Positions 1 to 8,215 of a DNA stretch of 33,229 bases are shown here, piece after piece (position 1 is the stretch's first letter; each line of letters begins with the position of its first letter). Position numbers and translations under genes: made by a program. This stretch comes from Bdellovibrionales bacterium RIFOXYD12_FULL_39_22. Its GTDB lineage: Bacteria > Bdellovibrionota > Bacteriovoracia > Bacteriovoracales > Bacteriovoracaceae. The stretch is from positions 186,001-219,229 of the forward strand of contig MEQL01000061.1 of NCBI GenBank assembly GCA_001770205.1, in the 5' to 3' direction. The notes beneath the pieces were generated by a model. That model was not told the origin of the DNA and did no database searches. It saw only the letters and a program-made list of their open reading frames with translations.

Positions 1-1
1 C

Positions 2-811
2 ATAGTATATGGTAGTTGTACCCTTGTTTGTGAACAGGGTTATCGTCTAAATAGTAGTGGCGTTTGTGTCGAAATGAAAGGACTTAACTGCACAGAGATC
101 AAAGGGAAGTGGCCAGGCATATTGGCCGATGACTATCTGTACCTATCAGTTCTTGGCTGGAGCGGATATCCTGTTTTAAAAGGATATCGGTACAGAAAGT
201 GTGAGATGGTGGCTCCGGCCACCTCTGTTGATAGCACAGATATAACGACTGAAGCAACTTGTTCTCCCAGGGTGCACGGGATGTATAATACCACTAAAAA
301 CAAGTGGTGCGTGAAAGTAAATAATTCCACAAGTAACTATACAACACCGACTCGGGTCGGTGCTAGAATAGAGTATAACCAATACAAAGCCTTGTGTTTT
401 GAACAGGAACAGAGCAATCCCGACTATCAGTATTTACTGTCTACCGGGCCATATAATAAGAATGCATACGCAATTACTTGGCCTGGCGAATGGGGAACTA
501 ATAGCAAGGGATTAACCACCTACAGTGGGATTGCTTACGCAAGCGAAGCGCCTACTGCTTATGCAAATTGCCCAGGAAAATATTCTTACTACGATATTAG
601 CACAAAAAATTGGAAGGTAGAAACTTGCAGCGATAGTACCTGCTCATATCAACAAACAGTTCAATGTTACATGAATCCTAACTTGTGTGGAGGCAAAACT
701 ACGGGCACAACTACCATCACATCACACCGACAGTGTATTACTGCGGTCGCTTGCCATTATGCCCGGTATAATTGGCGAGATGTATATAGTGAAGATACCA
801 GCCGGCCCTAG
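2..811 (+). CDS. Cys-rich secreted or surface protein, 5'-truncated by the window edge
   Basis: The frame of ORF 74..811 stays open back to position 2 (IVYGSCTLVCEQGYRLNSSGVCVE-MKGLNC...), so the ATG at 74 is probably internal. EGF-like CxxxCxxGYxxxxxxxC segment; many Cys, Tyr, Thr and Trp residues. Confidence 0.8.
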   Translation: MVYGSCTLVCEQGYRLNSSGVCVEMKGLNCTEIKGKWPGILADDYLYLSVLGWSGYPVLKGYRYRKCEMVAPATSVDSTDITTEATCSPRVHGMYNTTKNKWCVKVNNSTSNYTTPTRVGARIEYNQYKALCFEQEQSNPDYQYLLSTGPYNKNAYAITWPGEWGTNSKGLTTYSGIAYASEAPTAYANCPGKYSYYDISTKNWKVETCSDSTCSYQQTVQCYMNPNLCGGKTTGTTTITSHRQCITAVACHYARYNWRDVYSEDTSRP

Positions 812-902
812 TCTATATTTGTGTGAATCACCAAAGAATAAATTGAATTATTCAATATAACTAATGATATACAAGTACGGCCTGGCAATATAACAAAAAC
901 AA

Positions 903-930
903 TCAAGTATTTCCCTGATTAATCCGATAA
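903..930 (+). promoter_or_regulatory. Candidate sigma28 (FliA)-type promoter
   Basis: TCAAG at 903-907 and TCCGATAA at 923-930 (TCAA-N16-TCCGATAA), 18 nt upstream of the ATG at 949. Resembles the consensus TAAA-N15/16-GCCGATAA. Confidence 0.5.
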
Positions 931-948
931 GGAATTAAAGGCGGGGTT

Positions 949-1689
949 ATGCAAACAAGAAGTATTTTTAAGGTCATTTTGTTTTTTAATCTCTTGATTG
1001 GAACAAGAGAACTCTATTCTACTCAATTTTTACCCTCATCCATAGAAGACCAACTCTTAAGTTCATCGGCGGTTATCTGGGGATATTACAATGATGAGAC
1101 CTATAAAAAATTGCCCACTGGGCAAGTCGTTACAGAAGCATCTTTTTCAGTCATAAAATATGCGGGAGCAATTGAAGGCGAAACCTTCAATCAGCATGCC
1201 TTTAAAGTCCTTTTTCCTGGGGGTGTTTGGGAAGATATTGTTTATGATATCAGCGGAGCGCCAAGTTTTTCTTCAAAGGAAGAGGTTATTTTGCTTTTAC
1301 GCAAAGATGGATATGGCCATTGGATAACAAATCTTTCAATGGGCAAATATGGAGTGCAAAAACAACTAGATGGTACTTACCTAATGTCGGCAATTTTTCC
1401 GGATCATCCACAGCTAGGGAAAATTGCCATGGCCGATTTTGAGAGACAGATAGAGGAGCGCTTTCACGAGAAACTACATTTTATAATTAATGGACAGGGG
1501 GAAATTTTTCCTAACAAAACCGGAAGCAAGCAAAAGGAAATTGCCTCGGCGGTAAACGGTCGGTCTGGAAGGATGCCGGCCTCAGAAGAGAGCATAGAAC
1601 GAGAAAATCAAATAAGTATGTTCTGGTTAATGATAATTTTTAGTTTGCTTGGACTGCTTTCTTCATATCTCGTCAAGCTACGAAAATAG
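949..1689 (+). CDS. Exported protein with C-terminal membrane anchor, probable partner of the downstream protease
   Basis: N-terminal signal-like peptide, beta-rich core (PGG...GAPSF...EEVILLL), RMPAS linker, then hydrophobic helix MFWLMIIFSLLGLLSSYLV and basic tail KLRK. Confidence 0.85.
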   Translation: MQTRSIFKVILFFNLLIGTRELYSTQFLPSSIEDQLLSSSAVIWGYYNDETYKKLPTGQVVTEASFSVIKYAGAIEGETFNQHAFKVLFPGGVWEDIVYDISGAPSFSSKEEVILLLRKDGYGHWITNLSMGKYGVQKQLDGTYLMSAIFPDHPQLGKIAMADFERQIEERFHEKLHFIINGQGEIFPNKTGSKQKEIASAVNGRSGRMPASEESIERENQISMFWLMIIFSLLGLLSSYLVKLRK

Positions 1690-1699
1690 CAGGACAATT

Positions 1700-3514
1700 A
1701 TGCGAATAAACCATTGGGCCTATTTGTGGCGATGCTTTTGGATAGTTTCATCTTTCACGATATCTACTTCGTTGTTGGCCTATGTACAAAACAGATCAAT
1801 ATATGGCGATAAAGTAAAATGGCCGCATAGAACAATTGCTATAAACGTAGTCACTGGTAACAGCTCCAATCTTTCGAAAGAAGAGGTAGTTTCTATCATT
1901 AAAAACTCTCTCGGAATCATTGGCGATAGCGGATGGCAGCAGCACAGTAATCTTTCCTTCACATTGACGATAGATGCTGCGCCTGCAAAAAACAAAAATG
2001 ATATCTATTTTACAAAAAGTGGTGAAACATTTGCGGGGTTATCATGTGAGGCCAGTGGGGTTATTGGGAAGACAGAAACGATGTATCGCCAAAGTAGTGG
2101 AGAGGTTTTAGAGGCAGATATATTGCTTAACGATAATTGCTTTTTTTTTGCAGATCCTTCTGCCGGCGCAATGTATTTGGGAAATGCCGTAGTTCACGAG
2201 CTGGGACATCTTTTGGGATTAGGGCACAGTGAGGTGGCGGATTCTGCAATGTTTTATCTGTTAAACGATGGGCAGCGAGAGTTGCATTCGGACGATATTG
2301 CAGGAGTCGAAGAAGTATATCCGGGAAATATAAGTAAAGGCTCCATTCGAGGAGTGATTGTTGGCGGTAGTCGTCTGCCTTTGGGGGTAATGGGGGGACA
2401 GATAGAGGCCTTTTCATCCAACAATGGACAATTAATTGCTTCGGCAATTTCTGATGTAAATGGTAATTTTAAAATCAGCGGATTGCCAATAGACGATACA
2501 TATTATTTGTATGTTCGTCCCTCGAAATATTTGGCCATACTTCCAGAATACTTTCAAAGCAGCAAAAAAGATTTTTGCCAATCTGGCACAAATTATCGAG
2601 GGAGTTTTTTTCAAAGCTGTTTGGCCTCAGAGCAGGGCCTTCCCCAGGGTATCAGATTATATACTGGCAATAGTTCAATTGACGTAGGAAAAATTTCAAT
2701 TGGTTGTTCGCAAAAGGTATTGCCTGAATATATTGAAGATAAAGAATTAGAAAGCAATGAGTGGCAAGTTTATGATGATAGTACAGAGATTGCCGGTAAT
2801 TCGGTAGTAGGAATTTTTACGGGAAGTGAAATTAACGCGGGGACAGGAGATGTTTTTACAATTGATTTATCTGATTATGAGGTTAAGAGCGGGGAAATTT
2901 TTTTAGATGTCAAACTGATATATCAAAAGTTATATTCTCCTCTTCGCCTATCAATTTTGGCCCAAGACTCGTTTGGTGCGGTTTTGGAAAATCAAAATAC
3001 CGAAGGATACACGGAAAATAATTATGGAGAGAAAAATTTTGACATTATTGAACACTATCGTCTACAAAGCGGCCGCAGTGGATTAAATCGTTACACAATA
3101 ACAATAACTCCTGATGGGCAGGCATATAGTGAAAATGATTTTCTAGATGCGTCTAATTTTTTAGACGATATGCGCTATTATTTTCTGGTTTTTACGGTAA
3201 GCGAAAAGCTTTTAACCTCTCAGTATAAGGTAATTTCTTCTAAGCTTTTTCCTACACTAAGCGACAATCAAAGTTGTCTAGATGGAGAAAATACCTACTC
3301 GGTTTTGGCCAATATCAGAGAAAAAGAGAACACTACTACTGAAGGGGCAAAGAGCAACAGTAGTGTGGCAAGTTTTGTAAGTTGTGGAACAATCAATTTC
3401 ATCGATAATAATCAAGGCCCACCGTCGGTTGGTGGGGCCCTGATTGGGTTTGTCATGGCACTATTTGTCCGTTGGTTTTATGGACTAGCAAGTAGACGAA
3501 AAATTGCCGGCTAA
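1700..3514 (+). CDS. Matrixin/M10-like metzincin zinc metalloprotease with prealbumin/carboxypeptidase-regulatory-like domain and C-terminal anchor
   Basis: HELGHLLGLGHS (HExxHxxGxxH), Met-turn SAMF and LHSDDIAGV; EADILLN strand; SDVNGNFKISGLP is typical of CarboxypepD_reg-like domains. ATG 1700 follows AGGA and precedes a signal peptide. The C-terminus has SCGTI, a TM helix and RRK. Confidence 0.88.
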   Translation: MRINHWAYLWRCFWIVSSFTISTSLLAYVQNRSIYGDKVKWPHRTIAINVVTGNSSNLSKEEVVSIIKNSLGIIGDSGWQQHSNLSFTLTIDAAPAKNKNDIYFTKSGETFAGLSCEASGVIGKTETMYRQSSGEVLEADILLNDNCFFFADPSAGAMYLGNAVVHELGHLLGLGHSEVADSAMFYLLNDGQRELHSDDIAGVEEVYPGNISKGSIRGVIVGGSRLPLGVMGGQIEAFSSNNGQLIASAISDVNGNFKISGLPIDDTYYLYVRPSKYLAILPEYFQSSKKDFCQSGTNYRGSFFQSCLASEQGLPQGIRLYTGNSSIDVGKISIGCSQKVLPEYIEDKELESNEWQVYDDSTEIAGNSVVGIFTGSEINAGTGDVFTIDLSDYEVKSGEIFLDVKLIYQKLYSPLRLSILAQDSFGAVLENQNTEGYTENNYGEKNFDIIEHYRLQSGRSGLNRYTITITPDGQAYSENDFLDASNFLDDMRYYFLVFTVSEKLLTSQYKVISSKLFPTLSDNQSCLDGENTYSVLANIREKENTTTEGAKSNSSVASFVSCGTINFIDNNQGPPSVGGALIGFVMALFVRWFYGLASRRKIAG

Positions 3515-3587
3515 AAAGGCTTGGAATATTGCAAGGTTAGTATCATAATTAAAAGATATAAATGGGCCTTTATGATGAAGGATTGTT

Positions 3588-4064
3588 ATGAAAATAAATG
3601 GATTTATTTTTATCCTTTCGCTAGTAACATCGATGGTATTTGCGGGTAATTTGCTTGATTCAAAAGTTTTAATTCTAACAGGCAATAAGACATCTAATTA
3701 TATGGCCGAAGGAATTTTTTCTAATGGCAAAGGAGAGATTGCCAAATCAGAGCTGAAGGCAATTCGTCATGCATATACCGATGAGCAAGGATATGAAAGG
3801 TTGGTTTTTGATTTTAGTACAGAAGTGCTTCCACAGGTTTATGGGAATTTTTCTGGGAAAGAGAAAAAAATATATTTGGATCTTTTTAACACGACCCTTA
3901 ATTCAAAAATTGATTCCTTTGGAAATAGTAAGTTTGTGAATGAATTAGATCTTTTCCCAATTACGTCGGAGTCTCTCTCCTTGGAAATCACGCTGAAGGA
4001 GCAGTTGTCGGTAGATGTTTTTTACCTACAAAATCCCGCTCGACTTGTAATTGATATACGTTAA
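3588..4064 (+). CDS. Exported AMIN-like domain protein
   Basis: Signal peptide ending MVFA; ERLVFDF and FYLQNPARLVIDI motifs resemble AMIN domains. Confidence 0.7.
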   Translation: MKINGFIFILSLVTSMVFAGNLLDSKVLILTGNKTSNYMAEGIFSNGKGEIAKSELKAIRHAYTDEQGYERLVFDFSTEVLPQVYGNFSGKEKKIYLDLFNTTLNSKIDSFGNSKFVNELDLFPITSESLSLEITLKEQLSVDVFYLQNPARLVIDIR

Positions 4065-4100
4065 AAAAAGGAAAAATAAATAGCATAAGGAGCCACCAAA

Positions 4101-6674
4101 ATGTCTGACTATGACAACGATTATCAGATCCAAATTAAACACAAGCCAGCCGATGAAAAAGTAAAATTTCCGGAGGCAGTAGTTATTATTCCCATAATGA
4201 ATAGTCCGATTTTTCCAGGAATGATTGCGCCTATAATTTTGAGTGAAGATAAATTCACGACAGAACTTGACGATCAATTATGGAAGTCGGGATATATTGC
4301 TCTAAATTTAGTTAAATTTAAAGAAGGGGAGAAACATGTTGAAGAAGAGATGAGTGCGGAAGAGGAATATGAATTAGAAAATAGAGAGATTAACGCTCAC
4401 GATATTTATAAAGTTGGAGTTCTTTGCAAAGTAGTAAAAAAATTAAAACTTCCAGATGGCTCAGTTAATATTTTAGTTCATGGAATTAAGCGTTATCGTG
4501 CCTCAGATATCATTCAAGATTCACCACTTTTAATTACTAAGATAGAAGTTTTTGATGACATTATTGAAACTGATGAGGAGCTTGATGCCTTTGCTCGTTC
4601 AGTAATGAACCAGGTTCGCAAACTCAGCGAAATCAATCCTTACTTCAATGAAGAGATGAAGTTGGCGATGATTAATTCTCCCTCTTCTGGGGCCATGGCA
4701 GATCTCGTGGCCTTTGCTCTTTCTTTGGACATTCCAGAGGCACAAGATTTTCTCGAAACGCTGGTAGTTAAGAAGCGCTTTGCAAAACTGCTAGTCTATT
4801 TGAAGCGCGAAAAGGATGTTGCCGACATTCAGAAGAAAATATCTGACGAGGTTAACGATAAGGTTAACAAATATCAGCGGGAATATTTCTTGCGCGAACA
4901 GTTAAAAGTTATTCGCGGTGAATTGGGGATGGATGAAGATGATAAGTCGCGTGATTTGAATAAAATCAAAGAACGACTTGATAAAAAGGGGCTGCCGGAG
5001 TTGGCGATGAATGCGGCCAAAGAAGAGCTAGAGCGTCTAGAAGTAATTCCGGATAGTAGTCCTGAATATAATTTGGCCAGAACCTATATAAACTGGATGT
5101 TAGATCTTCCATGGAATGAACATGATAAAGAGCTTATTGATATCACTGCTTCGCGTAAAATTTTAGAAGCAGATCACTATGGACTCGAAGCGCCCAAAGA
5201 GCGTATTTTGGAATTTTTGGCAGTCAGAAAACTTCGACCCCAATACGACGGAACAATACTTTGTCTTGCCGGCCCTCCGGGAGTTGGGAAAACTTCTTTG
5301 GGAAAAAGTATAGCACGTTCCCTTGGCAGAAAGTTTTATCGCTTTAGTTTGGGAGGAATGCGCGATGAGGCAGAAATCAAAGGCCACCGGCGAACTTATG
5401 TCGGCGCAATGCCGGGAAGAATTATTCAAGCGCTAAAGCGAGTTGCCGTAAACAATCCTGTGATTATGCTCGATGAGATTGATAAATTAGGAAGCTCTAT
5501 TCATGGAGATCCGTCCTCGGCATTATTGGAAGTGTTAGATCCAGAGCAAAATAATTCATTTATAGATAACTATTTAGATGTTCCTTTTGATTTATCCAAA
5601 GTGCTATTTATTGCAACGGCAAACTATATTAACGACATTCCTGCGCCTTTGCGGGATCGAATGGAGATTATCGAGCTGAGTGGTTATACAATCGAAGAAA
5701 AAATTTCTATTGCCAATAAATGGGTTATTCCTAAGCTTTTGGAAAAGCATGGATTAAAAAGGAAAGATTTTTCAATCACGGCAGCAGTTTTAAAAAAATT
5801 AATTAGTGATTATGCTCGGGAGCCGGGAGTGCGACAACTCGAACAGTATATTGCTAAGCTTTGTCGTCGTGCGGCACTAGATAGAGTTTCACATAAAGGG
5901 CACAGACACTTTGTGCCACAAGTGGATAAGCTGGAAAGTTTATTGGGTAGTGCAAAGTTTCAGACAGAACATGCACTAAAGAGTTTACAGCCAGGCATTG
6001 TTACAGGGCTTGCTTGGACACAGTTTGGGGGAGAGATATTATTTATTGAAACTATTCCGTTACGCGGAAAAGGGGAGTTTAAATTGACCGGCCAGTTGGG
6101 TGGCGTAATGCATGAGTCGGCAACTTTAGCATACAGTTATGTGAAGAAGATGCTGCAAAAAGAAATTCTGGATGCAGAGGAAAAGCAGATTAACAAGAAA
6201 GACAAAAAATCTGGCAAAGCAAATAAAAAAAATGGCAAGAAACCAACTTCGGTTTCGGAGACATTAACGCCTAAAGAAGAGGCCGCCAGCAGTACTTTAC
6301 CCCAGTCGCCGCTAGATTTTTTGGCCGCACATGAAATTCACCTTCATCTTCCTGCGGGAGCAACACCGAAAGATGGGCCTAGTGCGGGTATTACAATGGC
6401 ATTGGCACTTTATAGTCTTGCAACACAACGGCGGGTAAAAACTGGTTTTGCTATGACGGGAGAATTAAGTCTCACAGGTAGAGTGTTACCGGTTGGTGGG
6501 ATTAAAGAAAAAGTACTAGGCGCAAAGCGTGCCGGAATAACCAGCATTATTTTACCCAAAGAAAATGAAAAGGACTTGAAAGAAGTTCCAGAGCGCCATC
6601 GCAAAGGCATTACTTTTTATCCCGTTGGCCATTTTGACGAAGTGGTAAAGTTGGCAATTTCTAAGAGTAGCTAG
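4101..6674 (+). CDS. lon: ATP-dependent Lon protease (endopeptidase La)
   Basis: LON N-domain, Walker A GPPGVGKTS, GHRRTYVGAMPG, Walker B LDEIDK, catalytic Ser in PKDGPSAG and catalytic Lys in GGIKEK. RBS AAGGAG. Confidence 0.98.
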   Translation: MSDYDNDYQIQIKHKPADEKVKFPEAVVIIPIMNSPIFPGMIAPIILSEDKFTTELDDQLWKSGYIALNLVKFKEGEKHVEEEMSAEEEYELENREINAHDIYKVGVLCKVVKKLKLPDGSVNILVHGIKRYRASDIIQDSPLLITKIEVFDDIIETDEELDAFARSVMNQVRKLSEINPYFNEEMKLAMINSPSSGAMADLVAFALSLDIPEAQDFLETLVVKKRFAKLLVYLKREKDVADIQKKISDEVNDKVNKYQREYFLREQLKVIRGELGMDEDDKSRDLNKIKERLDKKGLPELAMNAAKEELERLEVIPDSSPEYNLARTYINWMLDLPWNEHDKELIDITASRKILEADHYGLEAPKERILEFLAVRKLRPQYDGTILCLAGPPGVGKTSLGKSIARSLGRKFYRFSLGGMRDEAEIKGHRRTYVGAMPGRIIQALKRVAVNNPVIMLDEIDKLGSSIHGDPSSALLEVLDPEQNNSFIDNYLDVPFDLSKVLFIATANYINDIPAPLRDRMEIIELSGYTIEEKISIANKWVIPKLLEKHGLKRKDFSITAAVLKKLISDYAREPGVRQLEQYIAKLCRRAALDRVSHKGHRHFVPQVDKLESLLGSAKFQTEHALKSLQPGIVTGLAWTQFGGEILFIETIPLRGKGEFKLTGQLGGVMHESATLAYSYVKKMLQKEILDAEEKQINKKDKKSGKANKKNGKKPTSVSETLTPKEEAASSTLPQSPLDFLAAHEIHLHLPAGATPKDGPSAGITMALALYSLATQRRVKTGFAMTGELSLTGRVLPVGGIKEKVLGAKRAGITSIILPKENEKDLKEVPERHRKGITFYPVGHFDEVVKLAISKSS

Positions 6675-6778
6675 TGTCATGGCGCCTATGAATTGAAAGC
6701 GCACACAAAATAGTAATTTAGTAAACTATTTATTTTTGGGGAATTATTTGCAGCTTCTTTTAAAAGAGATCCCTAACG

Positions 6779-6806
6779 TTAATTTTAGTAAGCCACAAGA
6801 CGATAT
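6779..6806 (+). promoter_or_regulatory. Candidate sigma28 (FliA)-type promoter
   Basis: TTAA-N16-GACGATAT, 21 nt upstream of the ATG at 6828, with the same spacing as the site at 903-930. Confidence 0.4.
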
Positions 6807-6827
6807 GCCTTTTAGAGAGGCGTTTAT

Positions 6828-7247
6828 ATGGCCAGATTCAAAAAAATTTTTGATATTAAAGCGATCTTTGCTTTGTTATTTATTCTTACTGCATCGATGG
6901 GGATTGCTCGTGAATATGTAATCTATAGTATTATGCAAGATATTCCTATGGGCGAACCAAGGGAAGTAGTGAAGAAAAATTTCTATATGAATATTGGAAA
7001 AAGGCAGGGAGTAAAAGAAGGTACTGAGCTTGATGTTTTTCGTAATATTTCCATACTAGATCCATATAACAACAAACAACGTTATAATTATAAAGTAAGA
7101 ATTGGTCTTTTAGAGGTAATTCACTCCGAAGATGAGGCGTCAATTGGTATGCTAAAAGAACTTTATAAAGATACCAAGACACCTTTTTTTGAACTAGAAG
7201 GGATTATGATCGGTGATAAAGTTGATGTAAGTGTAAGGCGTGATTAG
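6828..7247 (+). CDS. Exported protein resembling a stand-alone FlgT C-terminal-like beta domain
   Basis: Signal peptide; YMNIGKRQGVKEGTELDVFR...IGLLEV...IMIGDKV matches the FlgT_C-like pattern. RBS GAGG. Confidence 0.75.
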   Translation: MARFKKIFDIKAIFALLFILTASMGIAREYVIYSIMQDIPMGEPREVVKKNFYMNIGKRQGVKEGTELDVFRNISILDPYNNKQRYNYKVRIGLLEVIHSEDEASIGMLKELYKDTKTPFFELEGIMIGDKVDVSVRRD

Positions 7248-7510
7248 GGAGTAGGAGGTATTCCTTGAATTGCCTTAACAATTTCTCGGCGTGATTTAAT
7301 CATTTCAATCATGCTATTAATTGCCTTCATTGTTTTTTCCATGCGAACTAATTCTTTAGACTCTGGCAGATTCTTCTCGCTAACCTGGGCCTGAATAGTT
7401 TTTAATACGAATACCCCCATTCCTTGGGCAATTACAAGTTGATTACTTATATCATGCAAAAAAGTACGCTCTTTAAGAATATAATCATTGAATGCTTCAT
7501 CTATGGCCAT
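7244..7510 (-). CDS. Small stand-alone HisKA/DHp-like protein
   Basis: ERTFLHDISNQLVIAQG resembles a histidine-kinase H-box and is followed by a second amphipathic helix. No CA or sensor domain. GAGG RBS upstream. Confidence 0.75.
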   Translation of the reverse strand: MAIDEAFNDYILKERTFLHDISNQLVIAQGMGVFVLKTIQAQVSEKNLPESKELVRMEKTMKAINSMIEMIKSRREIVKAIQGIPPTP

Positions 7511-7550
7511 GTGGTGCCTCTTGGTTGTTGCATGTTTGTAATGCGAGTTC

Positions 7551-7823
7551 CTATCTAAGAATTATATCTAATCTCTTACTTTTTAAAAGATAGGCAAACA
7601 GCACATTGTCATGAAAGTCGAGTTCTTTAAGTTTTAAAATTTGTGGTATATTTGTTGGTATGGGGGAAGGAGAAAAGACAATAAGTTTTGTTATTCTAAC
7701 GCCATTATAGACACCAAAAAAGGTCGCTTGATAGCAAAGGTGGCCGGCAGGAATATCTTCTCGCGCAAATCTTTGTGTTTTGCACGCAGTACAGCTCGTT
7801 AATAAATAAAATGGTCGCTTCAT
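7551..7823 (-). CDS. Hypothetical protein (90 aa)
   Basis: Fills an otherwise empty gap, is co-oriented with 7244..7510 and has a protein-like composition. No clear RBS, so the start is uncertain. Confidence 0.5.
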   Translation of the reverse strand: MKRPFYLLTSCTACKTQRFAREDIPAGHLCYQATFFGVYNGVRITKLIVFSPSPIPTNIPQILKLKELDFHDNVLFAYLLKSKRLDIILR

Positions 7824-7981
7824 CTACTGTCTTTACTGCGAGTCTATATAATGTATTCACTCAGCTATTACTCTGTTTTTTCTAATTTAATCACGCAATC
7901 GAAAAATTTTTCATGACTTTTTATTATTTTTACTCTAAGTAAGAGAGTAATATCATTGTCGATTTATTTGAGAGGTATAAG

Positions 7982-8194
7982 ATGGCCAGGATTACTATCG
8001 AGGATTGTTTAGAGAAAGTTGAAAATCGCTATGAATTAGTTCACTTGGCAATCAGACGAGTAAAGCAGCTCCGAAACGGAGCAGAACAGTTAGTTTCCAG
8101 TAAAAACAAGCATATTGTTACTGCGCTTCGTGAAATTGCGGCCGGAAAAGTAACTCACGCCCCAGTTAATGAGTACGATTCAGACGAATTTTAG
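7982..8194 (+). CDS. rpoZ: RNA polymerase omega subunit
   Basis: [20 protein letters not shown]...K...[17 protein letters not shown]. Confidence 0.97.
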   Translation: MARITIEDCLEKVENRYELVHLAIRRVKQLRNGAEQLVSSKNKHIVTALREIAAGKVTHAPVNEYDSDEF

Positions 8195-8215
8195 TTCTTT
8201 TTATGCGGTTTTTTC

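Noticed and set aside
1649..1699. N-terminal extension of the matrixin ORF from TTG 1649
   Set aside because: It overlaps the upstream gene. ATG 1700 has an RBS and gives a proper signal peptide.
6153..6314. Lon insertion as an intein
   Set aside because: It is too short and lacks the N-terminal Cys/Ser and C-terminal His-Asn splice motifs.
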